From the NCBI GenBank assembly GCA_965224245.1, contig OZ245046.1, forward strand, positions 3,200,001-3,264,000: a DNA stretch of 64,000 bases. Reading direction: 5' to 3'. The position numbers and the translations under genes are program-made. The DNA comes from Candidatus Eiseniibacteriota bacterium (lineage in GTDB: Bacteria > Eisenbacteria > RBG-16-71-46 > CAZAMP01). Under the pieces are notes generated by a model, which saw only the letters and a list, made by a program, of their open reading frames with translations, ran no database searches and was not told the origin of the DNA. Below, in pieces: positions 48,133-58,400 of this stretch (position 1 is its first letter; each line of letters opens with the position of its first letter).

Positions 48133-50343
48133 TCACGACAGCGGCGGAGATGCGACCTCCTGGGAGACGGTCTCCGATGCGGGCACTCGCAGCAGCAGGA
48201 GCGTCATGTCGTCGGCCTCGAGCTCCGCGTCCACGACGCGCTCGATGCGGCGGCGGAGCGAGCCGATCTGGCTGAGCGCGGTCTCGTCGGGACTGACCGA
48301 CCGGAACAGCTCGATGAGGCCGTCCGCCCCCAGCATGCGCTCGCCGGCACGTGATCCCCGGAGGGTGGCTTCGCTGATCCCGTCGGTGAACAGCATGATC
48401 CGATCGCCCTCGCACAGATCCACCGAGATCTCCCGGTACTCGACCGCGGGTGAGACGCCGAGGATGAGATCGGAGTGCTGGATGCTGCGTGCTTCTCGCG
48501 AGCGATTGACCACGATCGGGAACTCGTGTCCCGCGTTGGCGAACGTGAACCGGCGCTGCGCGATGTCGTAGCGTCCCACGAGCAATGTGGCGAACTGGTC
48601 GTCGGCGGTGCCGGCGCAGACGAGTCGGTTCAGCCGATCCACGATCCGCCCCGGGCTGGATTCCGAGCTGACCTGGGTGCGCAGGGACGCTTGCAGCATC
48701 GAGGCCAGGAGCGCGGCGGGGATGCCCTTTCCGGAGACGTCGGCCACCGCGACGATGACGGTGTCGTCTCCGCACTCGACCACGTCGTAGTAGTCGCCGC
48801 CGACCTCGCGGCTGGGCACGTTCTCGCCGAAGATGTCCACGTCACCGCGCTGCGGAAACGTCGCCGGCAGGAACGACTCCTGGATGCGGCGCGCGTTCTC
48901 GAGATCACGTTCGAGTCCGACCCGGGCCATCGCCTGCTCGTGCAGCTCGGCGTTGTGGAGCGCCACCGAGACCTGATTGGCGATCGTCGAGAGGAGCACC
49001 TGATCTTCGCGGGTGTACCGGCTGCCGGTCACCTTGGGGCCGAGCACCAGCGCGCCCCGCACCCGATCCCCGTCGCGGAGGGGGAGCAGGAACAGCGTCC
49101 CGGCGGACGTGACGATCGGCGACAGCGGCTCCGCGTCACGTATCGTCGATTCGTCGGGCATCTCGCTCGCCAGATCGGCGTTGGCGATGGGCAGTCCTTC
49201 CGACACGGCCACCTGCGCGCCGGACGAATCGTCGAGCCGCACGAGCGCGAGACGATCGGTCAACAGGCACTCCCGAAGCGCGGTCACCACGAGCTGGCCG
49301 AGCTCGGTGCTGTCGAGACGCGTGACGATCTGCTCGGAGAGCGATCGCAGCGCGCTCCGGTAGTCGGTGCGTTCGGCCAGAAGCACGCCCTCGAGGAGCT
49401 CCTCGGTCTTGGCCAGGAGCGGCTGGTACAGGACCAGCGCCACCACCAGGATCAGCGCCTGGAAGACCGGCGTGTCGATTCCGGTCGCCCGCTGGACGAG
49501 CTGATCGAGGCGAACCACGAGGAAGAGGTACACCCCCACGATCACCGCGGTGCTGATCGCGTAGAGGATGGCTCGCCGCGCGATCAGCGTGGCGTCCAGG
49601 AAGCGGTACCTGACCATCGCGAACGCGATCGTACCCGACCCCGCCAGGAGTGAGAGGAGACGCGCGGCGGCCGGAAGGAGACCCGCGTCGGCATCTGTGG
49701 CGCCGTCGTCGGCGTACAGGATCGAGACGAGAAAGAACCCGGCGGCGATCGACGTGCCCCATCCGAGCACCCGCAGCTGCTCGCGGTGCAGGCCGGCCAC
49801 CTCCCGGCGGGCGCGGTCCATGATCACGCCCACCGCCGACACCGCGTAGATCAGGTTCACCCACGCGAAGAGCTGCTGGTGCAGCCCGTAGGCCAGCGGC
49901 ACGATCGCGCGCGGCACCGCCCAGGCCACGCTCTGCCGGGACTCGGTGGGGATGCCGAAGGTGTCCCCGAGGGCTGCGTTCGCGGCCAGGAGGATCGCGT
50001 GGGCGACGTGCGGAAGGAACAGGGCGAAGATCACCGCGCCCCGGCGCGCGAACCCGCGCCAGGGCGTCGGATAGGACATCGCGAACAGAAGCAGCGTCGG
50101 GAAGTAGAACTCCCACAGGTAGCCGAAGTCTCGGACCAGATCCACGCGCGTCGCGCGTTTCGGGTCGACCTGCGGGATCAGGAAGTCCGATGATCCCAGC
50201 GTGGCGCCCAGGCCCACGAACAGCAGCATCGACGCCACGATCCGGTTCAGGCGACCGCGAGGGTTCTCGCGGAGCAGCACGAGGCCCAGGATGAACACGA
50301 GCCCGGCGATCACGAAGTGCAGCGAGGCCAAGAAGTTGTTCAT
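48133..50343 (-). CDS. Multi-TM sensor + GAF + PP2C/SpoIIE (RsbU-like) phosphatase
   Basis: Many N-terminal TMs; GAF; ARRIQESFLP, VGGDYYD, VADVSGKG, NAGH, FTDGISEA, DDMT. Confidence 0.9.
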   Translation of the reverse strand: MNNFLASLHFVIAGLVFILGLVLLRENPRGRLNRIVASMLLFVGLGATLGSSDFLIPQVDPKRATRVDLVRDFGYLWEFYFPTLLLFAMSYPTPWRGFARRGAVIFALFLPHVAHAILLAANAALGDTFGIPTESRQSVAWAVPRAIVPLAYGLHQQLFAWVNLIYAVSAVGVIMDRARREVAGLHREQLRVLGWGTSIAAGFFLVSILYADDGATDADAGLLPAAARLLSLLAGSGTIAFAMVRYRFLDATLIARRAILYAISTAVIVGVYLFLVVRLDQLVQRATGIDTPVFQALILVVALVLYQPLLAKTEELLEGVLLAERTDYRSALRSLSEQIVTRLDSTELGQLVVTALRECLLTDRLALVRLDDSSGAQVAVSEGLPIANADLASEMPDESTIRDAEPLSPIVTSAGTLFLLPLRDGDRVRGALVLGPKVTGSRYTREDQVLLSTIANQVSVALHNAELHEQAMARVGLERDLENARRIQESFLPATFPQRGDVDIFGENVPSREVGGDYYDVVECGDDTVIVAVADVSGKGIPAALLASMLQASLRTQVSSESSPGRIVDRLNRLVCAGTADDQFATLLVGRYDIAQRRFTFANAGHEFPIVVNRSREARSIQHSDLILGVSPAVEYREISVDLCEGDRIMLFTDGISEATLRGSRAGERMLGADGLIELFRSVSPDETALSQIGSLRRRIERVVDAELEADDMTLLLLRVPASETVSQEVASPPLS

Positions 50344-50523
50344 GCGCCGCAACCAGTGGTCTCCCGACCGTCAGGCAGGGAGACGTCCGCGTGGGGATTT
50401 CACGCTCCCGAGCCGGTTCCGTCGGAGGGCCTCGGGGGGGCGGCACCGGACGGACTTTCTAACTCGAACGCCAGAACTAACTTACGTGGAACCGCGCGAC
50501 CGTGGTGGCGTACGCTTCCACGG

Positions 50524-50553
50524 TTGACGGCCCGATTCACGGATCGGTAAGAT
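50524..50553 (+). promoter_or_regulatory. sigma70-type promoter for acidic microprotein
   Basis: TTGACG-N18-TAAGAT. Confidence 0.55.
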
Positions 50554-50641
50554 CGCGCCCGTTTTCGGCGGATTCGGTTCGACAGACGGGGACGAGCATA
50601 GGAGCCGGTCCCGGCAAGTTCAAGTGCGCAGGGGACGTACG

Positions 50642-50884
50642 ATGCTGATAGCCGCAAGCGTGTTCGACGCGGCCGACGCGGGCGTCGGCCATCCGGAACG
50701 CGTGTCGTTCGGCGACCCGAGCGGCCTCGTGGATCGGATGATGCTCCGTGGAGACGACGACGACGATGACGACGACTTCGATGACTTCGACGAGGAGGAT
50801 CTGGACGAGGATCTGGATCTCGAGGACTTCGACGAAGACGACATCGACGAGGACGACGACGACTTCATCGACGACGACGAGTAG
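50642..50884 (+). CDS. Small highly acidic protein (80 aa)
   Basis: ATG 50642 after AGGGGA; C-terminal half almost entirely D/E in GAC/GAG codons; upstream promoter. Confidence 0.65.
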   Translation: MLIAASVFDAADAGVGHPERVSFGDPSGLVDRMMLRGDDDDDDDDFDDFDEEDLDEDLDLEDFDEDDIDEDDDDFIDDDE

Positions 50885-50981
50885 GGATCGACGCTCCGCG
50901 GGCTAGCGCGGCGGTGTCACGAGCCGGTGACTGCCGGTCGCGGCACTCGGCCCCGTGTCCCGGACCCGAGGCTCCGGTCGC

Positions 50982-51311
50982 TCACGCATCGGGAGTCGGC
51001 TTGGAGCCGGTCGCCTTCTTCGGTGCCGCCTCCCCTTCGCTGGACGAGGATGACGACTTCTCGGACTTGCTCGCGCCCGCGGGCTTCTCGTCTCCGCCCT
51101 TCTCGGACTTTGCCTTCTTGCGGTAGTCGTCGCTGCGGTAGTCCGTCTCGTAGAAGCCGCTTCCCTTGAAGACGATCCCCGCCCCCGTACCGATCAGGCG
51201 GCGCACCTTGCCCGCGCACTCCGGACAGCGCTCGAGCTTCTTCTCGAGCATGCCCTGGAACATCTCGAACGAGTAGCCGCAGTCGTCGCAGACGTAGTCG
51301 TATGTCGGCAC
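50982..51311 (-). CDS. FmdB-family zinc-ribbon protein
   Basis: PTYDYVCDDCG..FE..CPECAG.VRRLI..GIVFKGSGFYETDY; GTG with AGGAGG RBS. Confidence 0.92.
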   Translation of the reverse strand: MPTYDYVCDDCGYSFEMFQGMLEKKLERCPECAGKVRRLIGTGAGIVFKGSGFYETDYRSDDYRKKAKSEKGGDEKPAGASKSEKSSSSSSEGEAAPKKATGSKPTPDA

Positions 51312-51374
51312 CTTCCCGACCTCCTGGCGAGTCGACTCGACGAACGAGAAACCGTACAACGCACGTTCAGTCCA

Positions 51375-51390
51375 TGCAAAGGCGATTCCA
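51375..51390 (-). promoter_or_regulatory. sigma54 (-24/-12) promoter for FmdB-like gene
   Basis: Minus strand TGGAATCGCCTTTGCA = GG-N10-GC with TTGCA. Confidence 0.65.
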
Positions 51391-51513
51391 GCTCCCGACG
51401 GGGGAGTACACCCCCTTGCCGCGGCCGTCTGTCGGGCATCACAAGTCGTTCGTGCGTGGGACGTTCCATCTTCCGCCAGCGGCATCGCCGGCGTCGTGGC
51501 GGAACCCCACTTG

Positions 51514-51549
51514 GTTTCACGATGAAACGCCGCCGTCTCGAAACGAGCC
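51514..51549. promoter_or_regulatory. Tandem palindromes, candidate enhancer-binding-protein sites
   Basis: GTTTCA-N3-TGAAAC (51514-51528) and GTCTCG-N3-CGAGCC (51535-51549), centres 21 bp apart. Confidence 0.5.
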
Positions 51550-51773
51550 GGCTCCACGCCGTGCGTCCGGGTCCGACGTTTGCCCCGGCAAGACGCAACC
51601 TTTCTGGAACCGCATGCAATCGACAGTGTTCTAACGACCGATGACGCCGAGCAAGTTCGGGATATGGCTCCCGGCCTCAATGGTTACCGTTTACAAACGT
51701 GTCCGGGGTCTAGGGCAGGTAGCCGGGGCTGGGAGCTTCTTCGTTCGTGCGTCGCCGCTCTCGCCGGGCGGCC

Positions 51774-52562
51774 TCACGTGCCCGCATCGAGCACGTCGGC
51801 CATCGTGAAGAGACCGGGCGCGCGGTCGATCACGAAACGAGCGGCATCGATCGCACCCCGCGCGAAGGCGGATCGATTCCCCGCGCGGTGCGTCAGCTCG
51901 ATGCGCTCTCCATCCCCCGCGAACACGACCGTGTGCTCACCCACGACGTCCCCACCTCGCACCGCATGCACGCCGATCTCGTCGGCCGCGCGCGCGCCGG
52001 CGGCCGCGTCGCGGCCGACGCGCGCGACCAGATCGGCTCGCTCGTCGCGGATCGCGCGCACGATCGCGTGGGCGGTGCCGCTGGGCGCGTCGCGCTTGTG
52101 ACGGTGATGCATCTCGACGATCTCCACGTCGGCGTCGGGGCAGAAACGCGTCGCGGCTCGCGCGAGCGCCATCAGGGCGGTCGCGCCACGGGACAGGTTC
52201 GGGGCGAGAACGATCGGGATGCGGCGGGACGCATCGTGAATCCAGGAGTCCGCCTCGCCGGACAGCCCGGTGACCCCGATCACGAGACCGCGCCCCGCGT
52301 CGGCCGCGACGGAGACCGTGTCGAGGACGGCCTCGGGCGTCGAGACGTCGACGACCACGTCCACGTCGCGGGCCGGAATCTCCGCCACCACGGGGACGCC
52401 GCCGAATGGATCGGCGGCCCGGCGGTGAACGATCACCGTGATCGCCACGCGTCCGTCCGCTCGAGCGCACGCGACGATCTCCCGGCCCAGCCTGCCGAGC
52501 CCGCCGACGAGCGCGACGCGCGGTGTCCGCGGCGAGGCATCGCCGGAAGGCCCGGCGCTCAT
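51774..52562 (-). CDS. dapB: 4-hydroxy-tetrahydrodipicolinate reductase
   Basis: VGGLGRLG, LVIGVTG, APNLSRG, EIVEMHHRHKRDAPSGTA, RGGDVVGEH, FARGA. Confidence 0.96.
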   Translation of the reverse strand: MSAGPSGDASPRTPRVALVGGLGRLGREIVACARADGRVAITVIVHRRAADPFGGVPVVAEIPARDVDVVVDVSTPEAVLDTVSVAADAGRGLVIGVTGLSGEADSWIHDASRRIPIVLAPNLSRGATALMALARAATRFCPDADVEIVEMHHRHKRDAPSGTAHAIVRAIRDERADLVARVGRDAAAGARAADEIGVHAVRGGDVVGEHTVVFAGDGERIELTHRAGNRSAFARGAIDAARFVIDRAPGLFTMADVLDAGT

Positions 52563-53461
52563 GCCGGAAGCGTCGCCGACGACGCGGCCGTGAGACCGAG
52601 ACGCTCGATCAGACGATCCAGCCGGGCCGCGCTCTCGGGTCGAAGCGGCGCGAGCGGGGGCCGCACCGGGCCCGCGGGCAGACCGAGCCTCGACATCACG
52701 TGCTTGACGGGCACGGGGTTGCTCTCGACGAACATGGCCTGGGCCAGCTCGTAGAGCGCGAGGTGCTCGCAGCGTGCGGCCGTCATGTCGCCGGCCGCCG
52801 CGGCCCGGACGAGCGCGCACATGCGCTCGGGCACGACGTTGCCCAGCACCGACACGACCCCCTTGCCGCCCACGGCCATGATCGGCAACGTCAACGCGTC
52901 GTCACCGGCGAGCACCCCGATCCGATCCCCCACGCTCGCGACGATCTCCGAGCTCTGGTTGACGTCTCCGGACGCTTCCTTGATCGCGACGATGTTCGGC
53001 ACGTCGGCGAGCCGCGCGACCGTCTCCGGGCGCATGTTCACGCCGGTCCGACCGGGAACGTTGTACATCACCAGCGGAAGAGACGTCGCGCCGGCCACCG
53101 CGCGGAAGTGCGCGACGAGACCGTCCGGCTGCGGCTTGTTGTAGAACGGGGTGATGACGAGGAGCCCGTCGCAGCCGGCGCGCTCGGCGCCCTCGGCCAG
53201 CGAGACGGCCTTCGAGGTCGCGTTGCTGCCCGCGCCGCCGATGACCGTCAGGCGACCGGCCGCCGCCTCGACGACGATCGACAGCACACGTTCGTGCTCT
53301 TCGGGTGTGAACGTCGGGTTCTCGCCCGTCGTGCCGCAGGGCACGAGTCCGTCGGTGCCACGTGCGACGTGAAACTCAACCAGCTTCCGCAGTCCGGCCT
53401 CGTCGATCTCACCGGACGCCGTGAACGGCGTCACGATCGCGACGTACATTCCCTCGAACAT
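52559..53461 (-). CDS. dapA: 4-hydroxy-tetrahydrodipicolinate synthase
   Basis: AIVTPF, CGTTGE, PFYNKP, YNVPGRTG, AIKEASG, ESNPVPVK. Confidence 0.97.
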   Translation of the reverse strand: MFEGMYVAIVTPFTASGEIDEAGLRKLVEFHVARGTDGLVPCGTTGENPTFTPEEHERVLSIVVEAAAGRLTVIGGAGSNATSKAVSLAEGAERAGCDGLLVITPFYNKPQPDGLVAHFRAVAGATSLPLVMYNVPGRTGVNMRPETVARLADVPNIVAIKEASGDVNQSSEIVASVGDRIGVLAGDDALTLPIMAVGGKGVVSVLGNVVPERMCALVRAAAAGDMTAARCEHLALYELAQAMFVESNPVPVKHVMSRLGLPAGPVRPPLAPLRPESAARLDRLIERLGLTAASSATLPA

Positions 53462-53562
53462 GGCGCTTCCTCCCGTGCGCGGCGCATGGACGTTCCGCGT
53501 CTCTCACGCGGGTCAGTGTAGACGGGTGCGCGTCCGCGCACAAACCGCGATGCCGTCGGGCG

Positions 53563-55287
53563 CTACTCGAGGCTCGAGCCGAAGCGCCCGGGGATCGGCA
53601 CCGTGAAGTCGAGCGACGGGATCGCCGAGAAAAACTGGCCGCTCGTGATGGACAGGCGCCACGGGTCGCCGCGCGTCGTGTCGCGGGCGAGGTCGATGCG
53701 AAGGGGGATCGGCAGCAGATTCGGATCGGATAGTCGCAGCCCGAACCCCACGTCGACCTCGACGTCGGCGAGCCGGACCGGATCGTCCGCCGGCCACACG
53801 TTGCCTGCGTCCACGAAGCCGACCAGGCCCAGATTCACCACGCCGAGCCGGAGGCCGGTGTTCCATCGCTGCTCGAGATTCACGACCACCGCGCGGGTGC
53901 CCCGGAGCGCCCGGAACCGGTGCCCGCGGAGCGCGGACCGGGCGCCGAGGTAGAGGATCTCCTCGGGCGCGAAGTCCCATCCCGCATGCCACAACGCGCG
54001 CGCGACGGTCACCGTGCCCCGACTGGGTCGCATGAACGTCTTGAGCACCGCGCTGGCCTCGCGGCCCGAGGGAGCGCCGTGTCGGAAGTGTCCGGCGGCG
54101 TGCAATCGTGCGCTGACCACGCCATCCCGCCAGGGCGTGGTGCGGAGCAACGTCACCGCCGCGTAGGGCCGATCCCGGGTCGATCCCAGCGCCTCCAGCT
54201 CCATGCCGACGACAACGCCGGCACGCGTGCCCAGCGGAACGTCCTCGATCGTGCCGCTTCGGTCGATGCCGCGCGTGCGCGTGAAGCGGCGCGCGAGCCA
54301 CGTGGCGCCGACCGACACCTGACGCCGGCGGTCGTGACGGAGTGCGAGCCCGGTGATGTCCTCGAGCGCCAGGGAATCGGCGATGGCTCGTGAGCGCCGG
54401 TCGTCGAGAAACAGCGACGCTCCGAGCCCCCAGCGTCGAATCCGACGTGAACCTGCTCGCGCGGCGCCGGTCGGGGCACCCTCGGAGATCCGGAGTGACG
54501 TGGCCACGTCCCCGTAGATCGATAGATAGCCGTAGGCGTAATCCGAGTTCGTGTCGTAGCGCGCGCTCTTGTCGCCGCCGACGTAGAAGTACACGTCGCC
54601 GTCGTACGAGCTGCCGAAGACACCGCCGCTCCAGCGTGTGAGATCCGAGTAGTAGCCCCGCGATAACGATGCGCCTCGCCCGTAGCCGTCGTCGCCCTCG
54701 AAGTAGGAGACCGACAATCGGCCCCGGGGTCCCAGGAACCGCCGGCGCGTCAACGCGAATGCGAAGCGATCCTCCTCGTCGGACCAGGTGTGGCTTCCCG
54801 CGAGCGCATCGCCCCGGCCCAGGAAGTTGGTCTCCACGCCGCCGAGAACGAACGTGTCGTTGTCGGCGTCGCGGCTGTAGCTGACGATCAGCTGCGTGGA
54901 CCACGCGTCACGCGTGGTCACGACGACGTCGACGCTGTCGCCCCGCGCGATCAGCCGCACGTCGGCATCCACGAAGAGACCGCTCTCGCGCAGCACGCGT
55001 GCGCTCTCGGCGGCCAGCGCCGGGGTGGCGAGATCGCCCTCTCGGAACAGGAGGAGATCGCGGATGACGCCGGCGCGCGTGTCGACGTGCACCCAGTTCG
55101 CGGCGCGTCCCAGCGGAGCCAGCGGACCGAGCTCGGACGGGTCGAACACGGGCGCACGTTCGATCCGGATGGCCGTGATCGGCCGGGGGGTCTCGATCTG
55201 GGGCGTGGCGCCCGAGGTCGCGGAGGGCTCGACCGCGAGCACGGCCAGGGTCGTCGCGAGGAGACTCCAGGACGCCACGCGCATCAT
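53563..55287 (-). CDS. Omp85 (BamA/TamA-like) outer-membrane protein with short POTRA-like region
   Basis: TR..VIRDLLLFREGD..ESARVLR..LF, ETNFLGRG, LRGH, FVDAGNVW, DVGFGLRL, LRIDLA. Confidence 0.85.
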   Translation of the reverse strand: MMRVASWSLLATTLAVLAVEPSATSGATPQIETPRPITAIRIERAPVFDPSELGPLAPLGRAANWVHVDTRAGVIRDLLLFREGDLATPALAAESARVLRESGLFVDADVRLIARGDSVDVVVTTRDAWSTQLIVSYSRDADNDTFVLGGVETNFLGRGDALAGSHTWSDEEDRFAFALTRRRFLGPRGRLSVSYFEGDDGYGRGASLSRGYYSDLTRWSGGVFGSSYDGDVYFYVGGDKSARYDTNSDYAYGYLSIYGDVATSLRISEGAPTGAARAGSRRIRRWGLGASLFLDDRRSRAIADSLALEDITGLALRHDRRRQVSVGATWLARRFTRTRGIDRSGTIEDVPLGTRAGVVVGMELEALGSTRDRPYAAVTLLRTTPWRDGVVSARLHAAGHFRHGAPSGREASAVLKTFMRPSRGTVTVARALWHAGWDFAPEEILYLGARSALRGHRFRALRGTRAVVVNLEQRWNTGLRLGVVNLGLVGFVDAGNVWPADDPVRLADVEVDVGFGLRLSDPNLLPIPLRIDLARDTTRGDPWRLSITSGQFFSAIPSLDFTVPIPGRFGSSLE

Positions 55288-55344
55288 CTCCTCACATACC
55301 CCGAAAACCACCAAAATCAACGACTTCAGCCACTTCGCGCCCGG

Positions 55345-55373
55345 TTGCCAGCTTCGCGACTCTAGTGTACGAT
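55345..55373 (+). promoter_or_regulatory. sigma70-type promoter for C25 protease
   Basis: TTGCCA-N17-TACGAT. Confidence 0.5.
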
Positions 55374-55474
55374 TCCGCAGTTGGCAACGTCCCAGACCCT
55401 CGCATCATCTCGAGTTGCACGCGCCGCCGGGAGCGTGCGCGAGCTGGCACTCTCTTCTTTCCACGGGAACGACC

Positions 55475-58400
55475 ATGAAGGCGACTTTGATCCGTATCCT
55501 GGCGGTAGTGTCCTCGATCGCGGCTGCTCCTGCGGACGCGACGATGCATCGAGTCGACTGGCCGGCTTCCGCCACCTTCGGCGAGCACCTCACGGCCACC
55601 GGCCCCACGCTGGATGTCCGCGGCGGCGTCCTGGCGACCGGCTCGAGCTGGCCGGTGCGCGTCGCCCGCGTCGAGATCCCCGGAGATGCTCGCGTGTCGG
55701 AGGTCGCGATCCACGCGCTGCGCGAGGACGTGCTGGACCACCCGGCCCACAGCTACCGGTTCGACGGAGACGAGGTCGACCTGGGCGAGCCCGACGGCGT
55801 GTCGGGCGGCTACGCGTACTGGATCCTCCCCGAGGGCAGCGTCGTCGGGTATCGCTTCGCGCAGATCGCCGTCGCACCGTTCCGGAGCGTCGACGGAGAG
55901 GCGCGGTTCCTGGCGTCATTCGATCTCGAGATCGAGACCACGGGGGGCGGACAGCCTCCCCTCCGGCGGATCAGATCCACCCCGTCGGCCGACGCGTCCG
56001 ACGCGCGGCGCCTTCGCCAAACGCTCGACGCCGAGCCGATGTTCTACCCCGCGGTGGACGCCGGTCGACTCTCGGTGCCCCCGGAGTTCGGCACCGAGAC
56101 CACCGAGTACGTCGTGATCACGAGCGCCAGCCAGGCGCCGGTGTTCGAGGACTTCGCCGACATCAAGACGCGCGAGGGCATCCCGACCGTCGTGACCACG
56201 ATCGACTGGATCCTGGCCAACTACGAGGGGATCGACCTGCCCGCGCGGTGCCGCGCGTACATCCGCGACCTGTATCTGTACCAGGGCCTGAGGTTCGTGA
56301 TGATGGCCGGTGACGCCGACGTCGTGCCGATCCCGCTCGCGGTGAACCGCTTCCAGTTCCCGGCCGGCCAGGAAGTCATGACGGACAAGTACTACGCGTG
56401 CCTCGACGGCAACTGGAACGGCGATGGCGACGCCGAGCGGGGCGAAGCACCGAACACGATCCTGGAGATCGAGGGAGACGACGCGGACCTGTACTCCGAG
56501 GTGCTGGTGGGTCGCGTACCCACGGGTACCGCCGCCGAGGCCACCTGCTGGCTGGACAAGTGGAAGAGCTACACCGGCTACGACGTGGCCAACTTCCGCA
56601 CCGACTACCAGGCGCGCGTTCTCGCGCTCGGTGAGGTGCTGTTTCCCGACGACTGGACACCCGATCAGGATCCGGCGCTCATCGTGCAGGACGGAGCCGA
56701 TCTCTGCGAGTCGACGCTCACGTACTTCCCGCCGCACTTCTTGAAGTACCGGATGTACCAGTACTCGGAGAACCCGGAGTATCCGACCGCCGTCCCGGAG
56801 ATCAAGGACTCGGTCGTCGTCGAGATCAACGAGGGCTACGGCTGGGTCGATCACGTGGGTCACGGATTCCGGACCAACATGTCGGTCGGTGACGGCAAGC
56901 TGGTCAACCTCGACGCGGATCAATTCAACAACACGAACGCCTACTCGCTCATCTACGCGGTGAACTGCACCTCGGGCGCCGTGCTCTACGACTGCATCAT
57001 CGAGCACGCCATGCTCAACTGCTCGGGCGGAATCGTGGGCGGCATGGCGTCGACCGACCTCGACTACCCGTCCATCTCGGACAACTTCAAGTTCGAGTTC
57101 TTCCGCTTGCACTTCGACGAGGGTCTCACGACGATCGGCGAGTGCTTCTACGCGGCCGACCTCCCCTGGATCCCGGTCGCGGAGCTCTCGGAGAACTCCT
57201 ACCGCTGGACGATCATGACGCTGATCCTGTTCGGCGACCCCTCGCTCCGCATGTGGCAGAACACGCCGCGCTTCCTCACGGCCACCCATCCCGCCACGAT
57301 GGAGCTCGGGGCGGGAACGTTCACGGTGACCGTGACCAACTCGCTCGGGGGCTCCCCGTTCGAAGGCGCCACCGTGTGCCTGCGCAAGGACGACGGCTAC
57401 GCCATCGGGACCACCGACGCCTCGGGCGTGGCCACCATCGACTTCCTGCCGGGCAGCACCGGCGAGTTCGACGTGACCGTGGTGGGCGTGGACCGGGCCC
57501 CCGTCGTGCAGACGGCCCAGGTCGTGGCACCCACCAGCGCGGCACTCCGCGTGGATGGATGGGTCGTACACGACGGCGACGGCATGGGCGGCACGGGCAA
57601 CGGTGACAACCGCCCCGACGCCGGCGAGTCCATCCTGATCGACCTGACGATCCGGAACGACGGCGCGGTGACGGCGACGAACGTGGCCGCCACCCTGAAC
57701 GCCAACAGCCCGTTCATCGTGCTCTCCGACGACACCGAGGCCTCATCCGACATCCCCGCAGGCGGGATGATGACGCTTCCCACGGCGTTCGCGGGGGACA
57801 TCACCGCGGCGCTCCCCGACACCACCCGGCACGTCGTCGCCCCGGCCACGCTCGATCTGTCCTGCGACCAGGGCAGCTGGACCGAGGACGTCCCGTTCTC
57901 GCTCTATCAGCGCCTGATCGATCTGGTCGACATGAGCTGGAGCATCGTGGACGACGACGGAAACGGCACGCTGGAAGCCGGCGAGACGGCCGAGCTGGTG
58001 ATGACGCTGTTCAATCGCGGCGAGGCCGAGGCACAGGATCTGGTCGGGGTCGGCACGTACACCGGTACGGAGTTCTTCATCGCCGACCCGAACATCACGT
58101 TCGGGACGCTCGCCCCCGGCGCGACGGTGACCGGCTCGCCGCTCGCCGTGCTCTCGACCGGCGGCAACCGGCTCACCCTCAAGGTCGACGTGACGGTGTC
58201 CGACCTCTACGCGAGCTCGCTCCTGTCGCGCCGCGTCGACGTGCTCGCGCCCCCCAAGCCCGACACCCTCGTGTCCGACCCCGAGGCGACGTCGATCAAG
58301 CTGACGTGGCCGCCGGTGACGTCCCTGGACGTCCGCGGCTATCTCGTGCAGCGGGCCGACGACGTCGGCGGGCCGTACACCGAGGTGTCGGGCGACATCA

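Noticed and set aside
53462..53562. Lysine riboswitch upstream of dapA
   Set aside because: Gap is only about 100 bp and no L-box features recognised
55445..55460. sigma54 promoter before the C25 protease (TGGCAC)
   Set aside because: No GC at the -12 position (TGGCACTCTCTTCTT)
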